Source of the DNA: an uncultured Colwellia sp.
Lineage (GTDB): Bacteria > Pseudomonadota > Gammaproteobacteria > Enterobacterales > Alteromonadaceae
DNA length: 64,000 nucleotides
Assembly (NCBI GenBank): GCA_963974965.1
Contig: CAXBEX010000004.1
Coordinates: 21,978 to 85,977, forward strand
Reading direction: 5' to 3'
This document shows positions 9,150-20,518 of this stretch, one piece after another; position 1 is the first letter of the stretch, and each line of letters opens with the position of its first letter. The notes under the pieces are model-generated. The model made no database searches. It worked only from the letters and a program-made list of their open reading frames with translations, and was not told where the DNA came from. The translations under genes were made by a program, and so were the position numbers.

Positions 9150-10795
9150 GTAGCACACGACTGTATCACATTGTTAAAACATTTTTACATTACGGCTTGG
9201 ACGAGATGGTGCCGAAAAAAATGTTACCTTGGTATGCCAAACTGGGGCGTTTATCCTTTTTTTGGCTGCAAAACAAACACAAAAATAAACCAGTTGCCCA
9301 ACGTTTTCGTTTAGCCATTGAAGATCTTGGCCCTGTTTTTATTAAATTTGGTCAAATGCTCTCAACTAGGCGCGATTTATTGCCACCCGACTTCGCTGAT
9401 GAACTAGCCTTATTGCAAGATCAAGTCACTCCCTTTGATGGCGAGCTCGCCAAACAGTTAATTATTGATGCGATGGGCATTGACATGTTTACGCAGCATT
9501 TTAATGATTTTGATACCAAACCGCTTGCTTCTGCTTCTATTGCCCAAGTACATACCGCAACCTTAGTTGAGAATGACACAAAGCAAAACGTGGTTATTAA
9601 TGTAGTTATTAAAGTGCTACGCCCTAATATTGAAAAAATAATTTTAGCTGATGTTAAGGTGATGTCTCGCATTGCGGAAATTGTGGCCCGATGGTTTCCT
9701 GACGGTAAACGTTTACGCCCGGTTGAAGTGGTTGCTGAGTATAAAAAAACAATTTTAGATGAGCTAGACCTCAACCGTGAAGGCGCTAATGCTATTCAGC
9801 TAAAGCGTAATTTCGAGCAAGGTAGCAACTACGACAAAGTGCTTTACGTTCCTGAAATTTACAGTGAATACAGTCACAAAAATGTGTTGGTGATGGAGCG
9901 TATTTACGGTATTGGCGTAGCTGAAATCGACACCTTAAATGGCTTGGGTGTTGACATGAAATTACTGGCAGAACGCGGCGTAGAAGTATTTTTCACTCAA
10001 GTATTTAGAGATAGTTTTTTCCATGCGGATATGCACCCAGGTAATGTTTTTGTTAATGCAACTAATCCTGCTGATCCCACTTGGATTGCCATAGACTGCG
10101 GTATTGTTGGCACATTAAATCGTGAAGACAAGCGTTATTTGGCAGAAAACTTTGTGGCCTTTTTTAATCGTGATTATCGTAAAGTGGCACAGCTGCATGT
10201 TGACTCTGGTTGGGTGCCAGCCAGTACTAGCGTTGATGAATTTGAGTTTGCCATTCGCACCGTTTGTGAGCCAATATTTAACAAACCTCTCTCTGAAATT
10301 TCTTTTGGTCAGGTATTAGTTAATTTATTTAACACCGCACGACGTTTCAATATGGAGGTGCAACCGCAATTAGTATTACTGCAAAAAACCTTACTTTATA
10401 TTGAAGGTTTAGGTCGCCAGCTTTACCCACAATTAGATTTATGGCAAACCGCCAAGCCCTTTTTAGAAAATTGGGTAAAAGAGCAAATGGGCGTTAAAGC
10501 CGTCTTTACCAAGATCAAAGACAACCTACCCTTTTGGAATGAAAAACTGCCCGAAATTCCTGATCTGATCTACGACTACTTAAAAGCAGGTAAAGAAAAT
10601 CATTTTCAGCACATGCAACTGATGAAAAAAATAGCCCAGCAGCAACAGGCTAATAATCAACGATTAATTTTCGGTGTATTAACCGCGGGGTTAATTATAA
10701 GCTCAGCGTTACTCATGAACCAAGGCAACCTATTGTTTTCTTCAATAAGTGCTGGGGCTGCAGTGCTTTGTTTTATATTATCTTTTAATAAATAA
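9146..10795 (+). CDS. ubiB: Ubiquinone biosynthesis regulatory kinase UbiB
   Basis: [43 protein letters not shown]; GTG start overlapping the ubiJ stop. Confidence 0.97.
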   Translation: MSSTRLYHIVKTFLHYGLDEMVPKKMLPWYAKLGRLSFFWLQNKHKNKPVAQRFRLAIEDLGPVFIKFGQMLSTRRDLLPPDFADELALLQDQVTPFDGELAKQLIIDAMGIDMFTQHFNDFDTKPLASASIAQVHTATLVENDTKQNVVINVVIKVLRPNIEKIILADVKVMSRIAEIVARWFPDGKRLRPVEVVAEYKKTILDELDLNREGANAIQLKRNFEQGSNYDKVLYVPEIYSEYSHKNVLVMERIYGIGVAEIDTLNGLGVDMKLLAERGVEVFFTQVFRDSFFHADMHPGNVFVNATNPADPTWIAIDCGIVGTLNREDKRYLAENFVAFFNRDYRKVAQLHVDSGWVPASTSVDEFEFAIRTVCEPIFNKPLSEISFGQVLVNLFNTARRFNMEVQPQLVLLQKTLLYIEGLGRQLYPQLDLWQTAKPFLENWVKEQMGVKAVFTKIKDNLPFWNEKLPEIPDLIYDYLKAGKENHFQHMQLMKKIAQQQQANNQRLIFGVLTAGLIISSALLMNQGNLLFSSISAGAAVLCFILSFNK

Positions 10796-10827
10796 CGTGC
10801 CTATATAGTTCAATCAGGAAAAACAGG

Positions 10828-12846
10828 CTATTTACCTTTAGCTAATTGTGCCCTCAAACTCGCCATTCCTTGTTTAGCGGACTGCTCTTTATGCGCTTCT
10901 GTTTTTTTCACTTGCCCTAATTCCCAGTTCAAATCATCTTGGGGTAATTCATGTAAAAATCGACTGGCTTCTGTACGCGACACTTCACCAAACTGACGGC
11001 GCTCTTTAGCGTAAGTGAATATTAACTCACGTTGGGCGCGGGTAATGCCGACATAAGCTAAACGGCGTTCTTCTTCAACACTGCCTTCATCAATACTGGT
11101 TTGGTGCGGCAATAACCCTTCTTCCATGCCAATTAAGAATACATAAGGAAACTCTAACCCTTTTGATGCGTGTAAGGTCATTAGCTGTACTTGATCGCTA
11201 TTGTCTTCTTCTTCATTGCGTTCCATCATGTCACGCAGTGTTAAGCGAGTAACAATTTGCGGTAAGGTCATGGGCTCTTCATCATCAGAGCCTGCAAGCA
11301 TTTGCGTAACCCAACTAAATAACTCGGTAACATTTTTCATCCGCATTTCTGCGGCTTTTGCGCTAGGCGAGGTATCGTAAAGAAAATCTTCGTAATTGAT
11401 TTCTCGTATCATCGAACGCAATACTGCCGCAGTATCACCGCGCTCAGCTTGATCGCCAACATCCACTAACCATCGAGTAAACGCCTGCATTTTCATTAAC
11501 GCGCGCCCCGTTAAGGTTTGCTCTAGCCCTAACTCAAAACTGGCGGCAAACATACTTATTTTGCGCATATTGGCATAGTTGCCTAGCTTTTCTAAGGTTG
11601 CTGGCCCAAGTTCTCGCTTAGGCACGTTGACAATACGCAAAAAAGCATTGTCATCATCAGGGTTTACCAACACGCGCAAGTAAGCCATTACATCTTTAAT
11701 TTCTGAGCGAGAGAAAAACGAAGTACCGCCACTAATTTTGTAAGGAATACGGTTTTGCATCAGTGCTTTTTCTAATAAACGCGACTGGTGATTTCCGCGA
11801 TACAAAATAGCATAATCTTTATGCTGACTTCGGTTCATAAAACGATGACCAATTAGCTCGCCAATAATGCGCGAGACTTCATCTTCTTCGTTCTTAGTTT
11901 GTACCACGCGAAGTTCAGGCCCATAGGCTAATTCACTAAAAAGTGCTTTATCATAAACATGTGGGTTATTAGCAATTAAAATATTGGCACATTTCAAAAT
12001 ACGGCCACTTGAGCGATAATTTTGCTCTAATTTAATCAGTTTCAATTGTGGAAAATCTTTACCTAGCAACACTAAGTTTTCCGGCTTTGCTCCACGCCAA
12101 GAATAGATAGATTGATCATCATCCCCCACGACCGTTAAACGACCACGCTCTCCTGCTATTAATTTTACTAACTCATACTGGCTCGCATTGGTATCTTGAT
12201 ATTCATCTACCAGTAAGTAGCGAATTTTATTACGCCAACGCTCTCTCACCTCAGGATAATTTTTCAATAATAAAGTAGGAATAAGAATTAAATCATCAAA
12301 ATCAAGGGCGTTATATGCTTTCATATGTTGATGATAACGCTGATAAAATTCAGCAAACTCTTGGGAGTCAGCATCATTTGCCATTTTTAGCACTGCATCA
12401 GGCAAAAATAAATCATTTTTCCAATGTGAAATCTTGCTTTGCAACTGACTCAGTAAGTCTTTATCGCCATCAAGCTCATCAAGTGTTAATTCTTTTAATA
12501 ATGACAGACTGTCTTGGTCGTCGAACAGCGTAAACCCCGGTTTATAGCCTAAGGTTTTAATTTCTCTGCGAACAATATCTAACCCAAGCGAGTGAAAAGT
12601 AGAAACAGTTAAACCACGCGTTGACTCTTTACCGAGCATTTTTATAATGCGCACTTTCATCTCGCGCGCGGCCTTATTGGTAAAGGTTACCGCGGCAATA
12701 TTACGTGCTTTGTAATCACATTTTTGAATTAAGTAAGCAATTTTTTGACAAATAACACCCGTTTTTCCTGAGCCTGCGCCAGCCAAAACAAGGCAAGGGC
12801 CACTGACATATTTTACTGCTTCATTCTGCCCGGGATTAAGTTTCAT
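10828..12846 (-). CDS. rep: ATP-dependent DNA helicase Rep
   Basis: Walker [47 protein letters not shown]; 672 aa. Confidence 0.97.
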   Translation of the reverse strand: MKLNPGQNEAVKYVSGPCLVLAGAGSGKTGVICQKIAYLIQKCDYKARNIAAVTFTNKAAREMKVRIIKMLGKESTRGLTVSTFHSLGLDIVRREIKTLGYKPGFTLFDDQDSLSLLKELTLDELDGDKDLLSQLQSKISHWKNDLFLPDAVLKMANDADSQEFAEFYQRYHQHMKAYNALDFDDLILIPTLLLKNYPEVRERWRNKIRYLLVDEYQDTNASQYELVKLIAGERGRLTVVGDDDQSIYSWRGAKPENLVLLGKDFPQLKLIKLEQNYRSSGRILKCANILIANNPHVYDKALFSELAYGPELRVVQTKNEEDEVSRIIGELIGHRFMNRSQHKDYAILYRGNHQSRLLEKALMQNRIPYKISGGTSFFSRSEIKDVMAYLRVLVNPDDDNAFLRIVNVPKRELGPATLEKLGNYANMRKISMFAASFELGLEQTLTGRALMKMQAFTRWLVDVGDQAERGDTAAVLRSMIREINYEDFLYDTSPSAKAAEMRMKNVTELFSWVTQMLAGSDDEEPMTLPQIVTRLTLRDMMERNEEEDNSDQVQLMTLHASKGLEFPYVFLIGMEEGLLPHQTSIDEGSVEEERRLAYVGITRAQRELIFTYAKERRQFGEVSRTEASRFLHELPQDDLNWELGQVKKTEAHKEQSAKQGMASLRAQLAKGK

Positions 12847-12934
12847 TGTTACACAAATGATTAAATTTTTAAGGACGTTAATTTTACCTGTTTTTACTCG
12901 CCAGCAAAACAGTTACAATGGTTTCAAGTGAAAT

Positions 12935-12982
12935 TTCAGGTAATATCTCAGGTATTAACTCAGGTATTAACTCAGGTAAAGA
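12935..12982 (+). repeat. 12-bp tandem repeat x4 immediately upstream of the ubiK start
   Basis: TTCAGGTAATAT CTCAGGTATTAA CTCAGGTATTAA CTCAGGTAAAGA, followed by ATG at 12985. Confidence 0.85.
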
Positions 12983-12984
12983 AT

Positions 12985-13239
12985 ATGATCAATGCAAAAA
13001 AAATTGAAGAAATAGCCAAGCAAGTTACTGATGCCATTCCGCCGGGCTTAAAAACTATGGCTAATGATTTTGAAGATAAAACTAAAGCCGTATTGCAACG
13101 TAAATTATCACAACTTGATGTGGTAACCCGTGAAGAATTTGATGTACAAACGCAGGTTTTAATTAAAACACGTACCAAATTAGCTGCGCTTGAAGCACGT
13201 TTAACAGAATTAGAAGCAAATAAGGGAAGTATCGAGTAA
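12985..13239 (+). CDS. ubiK: Ubiquinone biosynthesis accessory factor UbiK (YqiC)
   Basis: MINAKKIEEIAKQV...LDVVTREEFDVQTQVLIKTRTKL. ATG 12985 preferred over the track's GTG at 12928, which only translates the tandem repeat. Confidence 0.92.
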   Translation: MINAKKIEEIAKQVTDAIPPGLKTMANDFEDKTKAVLQRKLSQLDVVTREEFDVQTQVLIKTRTKLAALEARLTELEANKGSIE

Positions 13240-13243
13240 GAAA

Positions 13244-13314
13244 AGTCGCGAGTTACGAACACACCGAAACGAGTTATTGGATGTCTTCGAAACTCGGAAC
13301 TAACAACTCGAAAC
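13244..13314. repeat. Heptamer-type palindromic intergenic repeat (AACTCG family), copy A
   Basis: Left arm AGTCGCGAGTT; right arm CTTCGAAACTCGGAACTAACAACTCG; shares TGTCTTCGAAACTCG with copy C. Confidence 0.6.
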
Positions 13315-13325
13315 GAATAACCTGT

Positions 13326-14513
13326 ATGCTCAAATATGCGTTTATACTCTTTACACTCGTTGGAATGATGACAAAAACTAACGCCAATAACTTTACCACC
13401 GAACAGCAACTTATCACGCGTTATAGTGGTGAAATTGCTGATTTTTGGCTACAAGGTGAATTTTCACATTTTAGCGGCGTTAACGATACGCGCATTAACT
13501 ATGCCTTATTTAATCATGCCTTATTCACTCCTAATACTGATAATGATACTGATACTGATACTGATAGAAAATGCTTAGTTATTTCGTCTGGTCGCAGCGA
13601 AGGTTATTTAAAATATAAAGAGCTGAGCTTTGACTTATTTAACCTAGGCTTTAATGTTTTTCTTATTGATCATCGTGGGCAAGGGTTATCTGAGCGCGCA
13701 TTAGAAAATTCACACAAAGGTTACGTGGAAAACTTTCAATATTATGTGGATGATTTAGCCACTTTTATTGACAATATTGTTAGCTCACATTGTACGGTTG
13801 ATGGCAACACGCATAAACCATACTTATTAGCGCATTCAATGGGGGGCGCTATTGCCGCCAGATATTTACAAGACTATCCTGATAACATTCAAGCGGCGGT
13901 ATTATCCTCGCCTATGCTAGGTTTTAATAGCGGTGGTATTCCTGACGTTATTGCTAAATCGTTAATTAAAAGCACAGCTCAAATTAACCAATGGTTTGAT
14001 AACACGCCATGGTACTTCTTCGGCCAGACAGACTATATTCAGAAAAATGACGCTCAGAAAAATGACGTTCACAAAGATGATGCTCAAAATGACTTTGCCA
14101 ATAACCCACTAATGCATTCAGCATTACGTTTTCAGCAATTTAGTCGGCTTTATCATCAAAACCCAGAAATTCAACTTGGTGGTGTTACCGTACATTGGTT
14201 AAACGAATCTATCGCGGCACTTGAAACAATATTTACCAAGCTAAATAAAATAACCACCCCAACGTTAGTGATTCAAGCAGGTGATGACAAAATTGTTAAC
14301 AATGACGCGCAAAATGATTTTTGCCAACAATTACATCAATTGCACCCACAGTCATGCCCTGATGGTAAACCGCTAGTAATTAAAGGTGCTTATCATGAAT
14401 TATTTTTTGAAAGTGATATTTATCGCCAACAAGTATTAACAGCTGTTGTCGCGTGGTTTGAAGAACATCCTTCGACCCTTCGACAAACTCAGGACAAACG
14501 GACTAATTCTTAA
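13326..14513 (+). CDS. Alpha/beta hydrolase, lysophospholipase L2 (PldB)-like
   Basis: SGRSEGYLKY, DHRGQGLS, nucleophile AHSMGG, GAYHELFFE. The C-terminal ~14 aa derive from the downstream repeat. Start 13326 preferred over 13281. Confidence 0.85.
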   Translation: MLKYAFILFTLVGMMTKTNANNFTTEQQLITRYSGEIADFWLQGEFSHFSGVNDTRINYALFNHALFTPNTDNDTDTDTDRKCLVISSGRSEGYLKYKELSFDLFNLGFNVFLIDHRGQGLSERALENSHKGYVENFQYYVDDLATFIDNIVSSHCTVDGNTHKPYLLAHSMGGAIAARYLQDYPDNIQAAVLSSPMLGFNSGGIPDVIAKSLIKSTAQINQWFDNTPWYFFGQTDYIQKNDAQKNDVHKDDAQNDFANNPLMHSALRFQQFSRLYHQNPEIQLGGVTVHWLNESIAALETIFTKLNKITTPTLVIQAGDDKIVNNDAQNDFCQQLHQLHPQSCPDGKPLVIKGAYHELFFESDIYRQQVLTAVVAWFEEHPSTLRQTQDKRTNS

Positions 14514-14558
14514 TTGATGGCTTTCTCCCGTTCGTCCTGAGCGCGGAGCTGTCGAAGG
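14477..14558. repeat. CTTCGACAAGCTCAG-family palindromic REP-like element, copy 1
   Basis: Left arm CCTTCGACAAACTCAGGACAAACGG; right arm CCGTTCGTCCTGAGCGCGGAGCTGTCGAAGG; between convergent genes. Confidence 0.85.
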
Positions 14559-14570
14559 AAGGGAGGAACA

Positions 14571-15521
14571 TTATAGTTTTTGTCCCCTTAACTCTTCTGG
14601 CACAACTGACGTTGGATCCTGATGAATAAACACATCGCAAGGTGCAAGGGCTTGGCAAATTTTAGCTTCAATATCATCACCAATACTATGGGCTTCTAAT
14701 AATGACAACGTATCATCAAGCTCTAAATGAAACTGAATAAAGCGCTGAGCGCCTGACTGCCTTGTGCGTAGCTCATGTAAACCTAAGGCATGATCATGCG
14801 CTAAAACAATGCTTTTTATTTGTGCTAACTCTTCATGGCTTAATTCATGATCCATTAGCTGATAAACACTTTGATAAATAATTTGTCCTGCGCCAAAAAG
14901 TAAATATAAAGCCACCAAAATAGTAAAAGCACCATCAGCTTGCAGCCAAACACCTTGACTCAAAAAGATGGCAGCCAACACGCCTAAATTTAAAAACAAG
15001 TCTGATTGATAGTGCAGCGCATCAGCACTGATCACAATAGAGCCGGTACGCTTAATAACATAACGCTGAAAAACCACCAAAAAAAGCGTCAGGATTATGG
15101 CGACAATAGATACCCAAATAGCAATATCACTTTGCACTATAAGGCGCGGGTGCATCACGCGCTCAACACCATTAAAAATAAGTAAAATAGCTGACCCTAA
15201 CACAAAGGCCGCTTGCACTAAGCCCGCCAAGCTTTCCGCTTTACCATGACCAAACTTATGCTCATCATCTGCTGGAGCTAGCGCAAAACGCAGAATAACA
15301 ATGTTCATTATCGAGGCAAACAAATCTAAAATTGAATCGGTAGTAGAAGCAAGCATAGCGCTAGAGTCGCTTACTAACCAAGCATAAAACTTAATCACCA
15401 CTAATATTAAAGCCACCGATGAAGAAGTAATAGCAGCTAGTCGAACCCAATAAGCATAGTGCTCGGTCTGGTTATTCACTGTTGGTGATGAAGACATATT
15501 CGACGTTGATGGTTCTGACAT
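14571..15521 (-). CDS. fieF: Cation diffusion facilitator FieF (YiiP)
   Basis: DSILD, PADDEHKFGHGKAE, ADALHYQSD, C-terminal IHQDP. Confidence 0.93.
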   Translation of the reverse strand: MSEPSTSNMSSSPTVNNQTEHYAYWVRLAAITSSSVALILVVIKFYAWLVSDSSAMLASTTDSILDLFASIMNIVILRFALAPADDEHKFGHGKAESLAGLVQAAFVLGSAILLIFNGVERVMHPRLIVQSDIAIWVSIVAIILTLFLVVFQRYVIKRTGSIVISADALHYQSDLFLNLGVLAAIFLSQGVWLQADGAFTILVALYLLFGAGQIIYQSVYQLMDHELSHEELAQIKSIVLAHDHALGLHELRTRQSGAQRFIQFHLELDDTLSLLEAHSIGDDIEAKICQALAPCDVFIHQDPTSVVPEELRGQKL

Positions 15522-15619
15522 GAAAGTTTATTCCGAAATGAAAAATGAAGCGCTAAACGAACTTAGTAGCTATAATAGCAAACAATTATGCTTCCACTCA
15601 AACTCACGTTGTTATCATT

Positions 15620-16084
15620 ATGTTAGATGTTGTGCTTTTTCAACCGCAAATTCCACCAAATACTGGCAACATAATTCGTTTATGTGCCAATTCAGGCTTT
15701 CAACTACATTTAATAGAACCGTTAGGGTTTGATTTAGAAGATAAGAAACTACGCCGCGCTGGGCTAGATTATCATGAATTTGCCGCCATTAAGCGACATA
15801 AAAGCTTCAACGCTTTTGTTGAGCAAGAGCAGCCAAAACGTATACTGGCCATAACCACCAAAACCAATAATTTTTATGGTGACGTAACCTTTGCAGCAGG
15901 GGATTATTTACTGTTTGGCTCAGAAACTGCCGGCTTGCCTGAAGAGGTACGCGTACAAATTCCTGATAAAGATAAAATTCGCATTCCCATGCTAAAAGAA
16001 AGTCGTAGCATGAATTTATCGAATGCCGCGGCGGTAATCGTTTATGACGCATGGCGTCAGTTAGGGTTTGTGAATGCGGTTTAA
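15620..16084 (+). CDS. trmL: tRNA (cytidine/uridine-34 2'-O)-methyltransferase TrmL
   Basis: [39 protein letters not shown]. Confidence 0.97.
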   Translation: MLDVVLFQPQIPPNTGNIIRLCANSGFQLHLIEPLGFDLEDKKLRRAGLDYHEFAAIKRHKSFNAFVEQEQPKRILAITTKTNNFYGDVTFAAGDYLLFGSETAGLPEEVRVQIPDKDKIRIPMLKESRSMNLSNAAAVIVYDAWRQLGFVNAV

Positions 16085-16088
16085 AAGC

Positions 16089-16146
16089 AGTTGCGAGTCG
16101 CGACAATAACGTTCGGAGCATTTCGCAACTCGATACTTATAACTCG
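16089..16146. repeat. Heptamer-type palindromic intergenic repeat, copy B
   Basis: AGTTGCGAGTCGCGA ... TTTCGCAACTCGATACTTATAACTCG between convergent trmL and gpsA. Confidence 0.55.
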
Positions 16147-16159
16147 TCACTTTACATTT

Positions 16160-17164
16160 CTATTCTTGTTTTTGATCACGAGATAATAAATCTGCCGCGG
16201 CAAGTTTTGCGGCTTTGCCCTGATATAGCACTTGATAAACTTGTTCTACAATAGGCATTTCAACATTCATACGCGCTGCAAGCATATAAACTTCTTTGGT
16301 GTTGCGATAACCCTCGACTACTTGACCAATATCCGCCATAGCCTGTTCAACACCAGCACCCTGCCCTAAAGCTAAACCAAAGCGGCGATTTCGTGATTGA
16401 TTATCAGTACAGGTTAGTACTAAATCGCCTAAACCAGCCATCCCCATAAAAGTAGCCGGATCTGCATTTAATGCTACCCCTAAACGCGTCATTTCGGCTA
16501 ACCCGCGAGTAATTAATGCAGTACGTGCATTGGCACCAAAGCCAATACCATCGGCGATACCTGCGCCAATAGCAACAACATTCTTAACTGCTCCCCCTAA
16601 TTGCACGCCAATAAAGTCTTTATTAGGATAAACACGAAAACATTTTTCGCAGTGCAGTAAGTCAGACAATTCCAGCGCAAAGCTTGCATCTGTAGATGAT
16701 AACGAAATAGCAGTTGGTAGACCTATCGCCATTTCTTTCGCAAAAGTAGGGCCCGATATTACGGCTAAAGCAACTTCTTCGCCTAAAATCCTTCTAGCAA
16801 CATTTTGCAGTAAATCACCTGATTGAGGATCCAGACCTTTGGTTGCCCAAGCAACTTTAGCGCCACGCTTAAGCATAGGTTTAATTTGGTTAAGCATATC
16901 GCCAAAGGCATGGCTAGGAACAACCACTAAAATATTATCGCTAGCACTAACGGCTTTCTTTAAGTCACTAGTAAGGTGTAAGCTATTAGGAAATGGACAA
17001 CCTGCTAAATATTTAGCATTTTCACGTGCATTAACCATGTCATCAACTTGGTTAGCATCACGCCCCCACAATAGTGTTTTATGACCGTTTCTAGCCAAAC
17101 AAATAGCCAGTGCTGTGCCATAAGAGCCGGCACCCAATACGGTGATTTTGGCAGAAGCTGTCAT
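16160..17164 (-). CDS. gpsA: NAD(P)H-dependent glycerol-3-phosphate dehydrogenase
   Basis: [40 protein letters not shown]. Confidence 0.98.
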   Translation of the reverse strand: MTASAKITVLGAGSYGTALAICLARNGHKTLLWGRDANQVDDMVNARENAKYLAGCPFPNSLHLTSDLKKAVSASDNILVVVPSHAFGDMLNQIKPMLKRGAKVAWATKGLDPQSGDLLQNVARRILGEEVALAVISGPTFAKEMAIGLPTAISLSSTDASFALELSDLLHCEKCFRVYPNKDFIGVQLGGAVKNVVAIGAGIADGIGFGANARTALITRGLAEMTRLGVALNADPATFMGMAGLGDLVLTCTDNQSRNRRFGLALGQGAGVEQAMADIGQVVEGYRNTKEVYMLAARMNVEMPIVEQVYQVLYQGKAAKLAAADLLSRDQKQE

Positions 17165-17182
17165 AAATACCTTTTTATAATT

Positions 17183-17277
17183 AAGTTATGAGTAAGGAAA
17201 GTAGCGAGTGGTGAAAACACTTCACTCTCAAGAGCTTGTCTTCGAAACTCGAAACTCGATACTCGCAACTAACAACT
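17183..17277. repeat. Heptamer-type palindromic intergenic repeat, copy C
   Basis: AAGTTATGAGT...AAGTAGCGAGT left arm; CTTCGAAACTCGAAACTCGATACTCGCAACTAACAACT right arm with 7-bp periodicity; overlaps the secB stop. Confidence 0.65.
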
Positions 17278-17791
17278 AATGCGTTTCTGTACTTTCTGGC
17301 GCGTTAACTTTCGCTTCAGCCGCACGTTGTTGCACATAAGAAGCAAATAAGGCTTCGAAGTTTACCGGTGACAAGTTAAATTGCGGGAATGAACCACGGT
17401 TAACTAAGCTTGCAACAGTTTCACGCGCATAGGGAAATAACGTTGTTGGGCAAAATGCGCCAATAGTATGTGCTAACTGTGCTTCAGGTAAGTTGCCAAT
17501 GGTGAAAATACCGGCTTGTTGTACTTCTGCTAAAAAGGCAGTTTGACCTTCAACCGTTGCAGTAACCGTAACGGCTAAAACAACTTCATAAGTGTCATCG
17601 GCTAGTTTATTTGAGCGAGTATCTAAGTCTAACTTGATTTCAGGCTTCCACTCTTTTTGAAAGATTGCAGGAGAGTTTGGTGTTTCAAATGAAACATCTT
17701 TAGTGTAAACACGTTGAATAGCAAATTGTGGTTGTGCTGGTGCTTCTACTGGTACTGCTTCGCCTGCTGGATTTTGGTTTTCATCACTCAT
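17276..17791 (-). CDS. secB: Protein-export chaperone SecB
   Basis: [44 protein letters not shown]. Confidence 0.98.
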   Translation of the reverse strand: MSDENQNPAGEAVPVEAPAQPQFAIQRVYTKDVSFETPNSPAIFQKEWKPEIKLDLDTRSNKLADDTYEVVLAVTVTATVEGQTAFLAEVQQAGIFTIGNLPEAQLAHTIGAFCPTTLFPYARETVASLVNRGSFPQFNLSPVNFEALFASYVQQRAAEAKVNAPESTETH

Positions 17792-17864
17792 GGGTATTTT
17801 CCTGTATTTTGTATAAAAATTAAATATTTGTTTGGTTTTATTTTGTTTTGTTTTTACACTTTCG

Positions 17865-18140
17865 CTAATTCTTTATAAGTAAAGCGTCAAGCTGATTATT
17901 CTTTTCTAGCGCTACTAGCTGATCACAGCCGCCAATATGAACATCATCAATAAATATTTGCGGTACGGTATAACCGCCACGGCTGCGCTCAATCATTTTT
18001 TCACGTAACGCCATATCACCATCAATACTGATTTTTTCTATCTGTAATGAAGGGTGAACCAATAGCTTATGTTCAAGCAAGGCAATAGCATGAGAACAAA
18101 AAGGGCAATACGCTTTTGTGTAAATATCGACTTTTGCCAT
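17865..18140 (-). CDS. grxC: Glutaredoxin 3
   Basis: CPFC active site, TVPQIFI, GGCD; ATG 18140; standard rhodanese-grxC-secB-gpsA order. Confidence 0.93.
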   Translation of the reverse strand: MAKVDIYTKAYCPFCSHAIALLEHKLLVHPSLQIEKISIDGDMALREKMIERSRGGYTVPQIFIDDVHIGGCDQLVALEKNNQLDALLIKN

Positions 18141-18188
18141 AATTTCCAATTCCCCTTGTAGGGCGTAATTTATTGCGCTTTTTCGAAC

Positions 18189-18617
18189 TTATTTCTTCGT
18201 TACTGGCAAGCCAGCGCCTGTCCATGCACCCATGCCGCCTTTTAATACACTGACACGAGCAAAGCCCGCTTTGTGCAAATCATTAGCTATTTTTACGGCG
18301 CTAATACCAGCACTGCATACAACTATGATGGGATTGTCTTTGTGCTTTTCAAGGCTAACAAATCCATTTTTAATGATTTTCTCGTTTGATAAGCTTACCG
18401 CATCAAGAATATGACTAGCGTTGAAATCTTTTTCCGTGCGAATATCAAGAGCAACACCTTGCTCTCTATTCATTAAAAAAGTTAAATCTTGCGAGCTTAT
18501 TTGTTTAACTGGCGATAAATTAATTTTAACAGTTGTTACGATGATCATAACAACAAGGCCAACCCAAACCGCACTTAACATGCCGTTATCGCTGGCAAAA
18601 GTAATAAATTGTTCCAT
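18189..18617 (-). CDS. yibN: Membrane-anchored rhodanese-like protein (YibN)
   Basis: N-terminal TM helix, HILDA, VVCSAGISA, LKGGMGAW; upstream of grxC. Confidence 0.88.
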   Translation of the reverse strand: MEQFITFASDNGMLSAVWVGLVVMIIVTTVKINLSPVKQISSQDLTFLMNREQGVALDIRTEKDFNASHILDAVSLSNEKIIKNGFVSLEKHKDNPIIVVCSAGISAVKIANDLHKAGFARVSVLKGGMGAWTGAGLPVTKK

Positions 18618-18709
18618 AAAATGGGGACTCTATTAGTAAATAGTAAAAGGTGTGACTTTTTTATAAATCATTTTTTTATAAATCATAATAAATAAAAAAA
18701 TCGACACAT

Positions 18710-18785
18710 TATACCCAAGCTGCTTGGAATTGCGAGCTAATACCAAGCCACTTCAAGATGCGAATTTCTTATGGCTTGGATTTAG
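18710..18785. repeat. ERIC-like element remnant
   Basis: TATACCCAAGCTGCTTGGAATTGC and ATACCAAGCCACTTCAAGATGC resemble the two ERIC termini. Inverted repeat CCAAGCCA...TGGCTTGG. Confidence 0.45.
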
Positions 18786-18879
18786 TAACCACTAATGAAT
18801 CATTTCTTGCTTAAATAAATAGGGTTGACTGTGTACAATGTCAGCAATTCAATTTTTAAGCACAATACAAGGCTAGCAT

Positions 18880-20466
18880 ATGTCTAACAGAGAAGTGTCT
18901 AACAAAGAAGCGTTAACAAAGAAATCAACCGTGTTAATTATTTTAGATGGTTGGGGTTATCGCGAAGAAAGTGATTCAAATGCGATACAAGCTGCTAATA
19001 CGCCTGTACTAGACAAACTTAAAGTTGATTACCCAAATATGCTGATACAAACTTCTGGTATGGCGGTTGGTTTACCTGATGGGCAAATGGGTAATTCGGA
19101 AGTAGGCCATGTTAATTTAGGTGCCGGAAGAATTGTTTATCAAGACTTCACCCGCATCACCAAGTCTATTGATGATGGCGAGTTTTCACAAACCCCAGCA
19201 TTATGCAGTGCTGTTGATAAAGCCGTTAAACAAAACAAAGCGGTGCATATTTTTGGTTTATTATCGCCTGGCGGTGTCCACAGTCATGAAGAACACATTT
19301 TTGCCATGATGGAACTAGCCAAAAAACGTGGTGCAACAAAAATTTATTTACATGCCTTTTTAGATGGCAGAGATACGCCGCCACGCAGCGCAAAAAAATC
19401 ATTAGAAAAAGCACAACAAAAATTTAAGCAACTTTTTACTAACTCAGAGGGCGAAGGGCAAATAGCCTCGATTATTGGCCGCTACTTTGCTATGGATAGA
19501 GATCAACGCTGGGATCGTGTTGAAGCAGCTTACGATTTAATGGTGTCTGGAATCAGCAAATATCAATATAACGATGCAATATCAGCACTTGAAGGTGCTT
19601 ACCAACGTGATGAAAATGATGAGTTTGTTAGTGCTAGTGCCATTTTGAATGAAGATGGTGAAGCTATTGAGGTAAACGATGGCGATGCGTTAATTTTTAT
19701 GAATTTTAGAGCGGATCGTGCCCGACAGTTTAGCCGCTGTTTTACCGAAAGTAATTTTGATGGTTTCACTCGAAAAAAAGTGCCTGCCATTAGCGACTTT
19801 GTTATGTTAACGCAATATTCAGCAGAGATTAAAGCTAGCTGTGCTTTCGCCCCGACAGCACTCAATAACGTAATGGGCGAGTGGCTTGCTAAGCACAATA
19901 AAACACAATTACGTATTTCTGAAACTGAAAAGTATGCCCACGTTACTTTTTTCTTTAGCGGCGGGCAAGAAGACGAATTTGAGGGTGAACAGCGTATTTT
20001 AGTCCCTTCTCCCGATGTAGCTACTTACGACTTACAACCTGAGATGAACTCAACGCTACTCACTGATAAATTAGTTGCCGCCATTGAAAGCGGCGAATAT
20101 GACTTTATTGTTTGTAATTATCCCAATGGTGATATGGTTGGTCATACTGGAGACTTTGCTGCGGCTGTTAAGGCTTGTGAAGCGGTTGATACCTGTGTGG
20201 GACGTGTGGTTACTGCATTACAAAAAACGGGAGGCGAATGCTTAATTACCGCTGATCATGGTAATGCCGAACAAATGTTAGATGAAACCACAGGCCAAGC
20301 TCACACTGCGCATACTTGTGAACCTGTGCCGTTAATTTACGTTGGTAGAAACGCTACACCTGCAAGCACAGGTACCTTAAGTGATATTTCACCTACCCTA
20401 TTGTATTTAATGGCAATGGAGCAACCTGAAGAAATGACAGGTTCCATATTGATGCAATTAAGTTGA
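18880..20466 (+). CDS. gpmI: 2,3-bisphosphoglycerate-independent phosphoglycerate mutase
   Basis: [53 protein letters not shown]. Confidence 0.98.
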   Translation: MSNREVSNKEALTKKSTVLIILDGWGYREESDSNAIQAANTPVLDKLKVDYPNMLIQTSGMAVGLPDGQMGNSEVGHVNLGAGRIVYQDFTRITKSIDDGEFSQTPALCSAVDKAVKQNKAVHIFGLLSPGGVHSHEEHIFAMMELAKKRGATKIYLHAFLDGRDTPPRSAKKSLEKAQQKFKQLFTNSEGEGQIASIIGRYFAMDRDQRWDRVEAAYDLMVSGISKYQYNDAISALEGAYQRDENDEFVSASAILNEDGEAIEVNDGDALIFMNFRADRARQFSRCFTESNFDGFTRKKVPAISDFVMLTQYSAEIKASCAFAPTALNNVMGEWLAKHNKTQLRISETEKYAHVTFFFSGGQEDEFEGEQRILVPSPDVATYDLQPEMNSTLLTDKLVAAIESGEYDFIVCNYPNGDMVGHTGDFAAAVKACEAVDTCVGRVVTALQKTGGECLITADHGNAEQMLDETTGQAHTAHTCEPVPLIYVGRNATPASTGTLSDISPTLLYLMAMEQPEEMTGSILMQLS

Positions 20467-20518
20467 TGCAACTAGATTAATGGGGCAAACTGTAAGTTAA
20501 CCTACAAAACACAACTTC

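Noticed and set aside
12928-12984. GTG start extending UbiK by 19 aa
   Set aside because: The extension just translates the 12-bp tandem repeat; ATG 12985 gives the normal family length.
13281-13325. N-terminal extension of the lysophospholipase
   Set aside because: It lies within the heptamer repeat element; ATG 13326 starts a plausible signal peptide.
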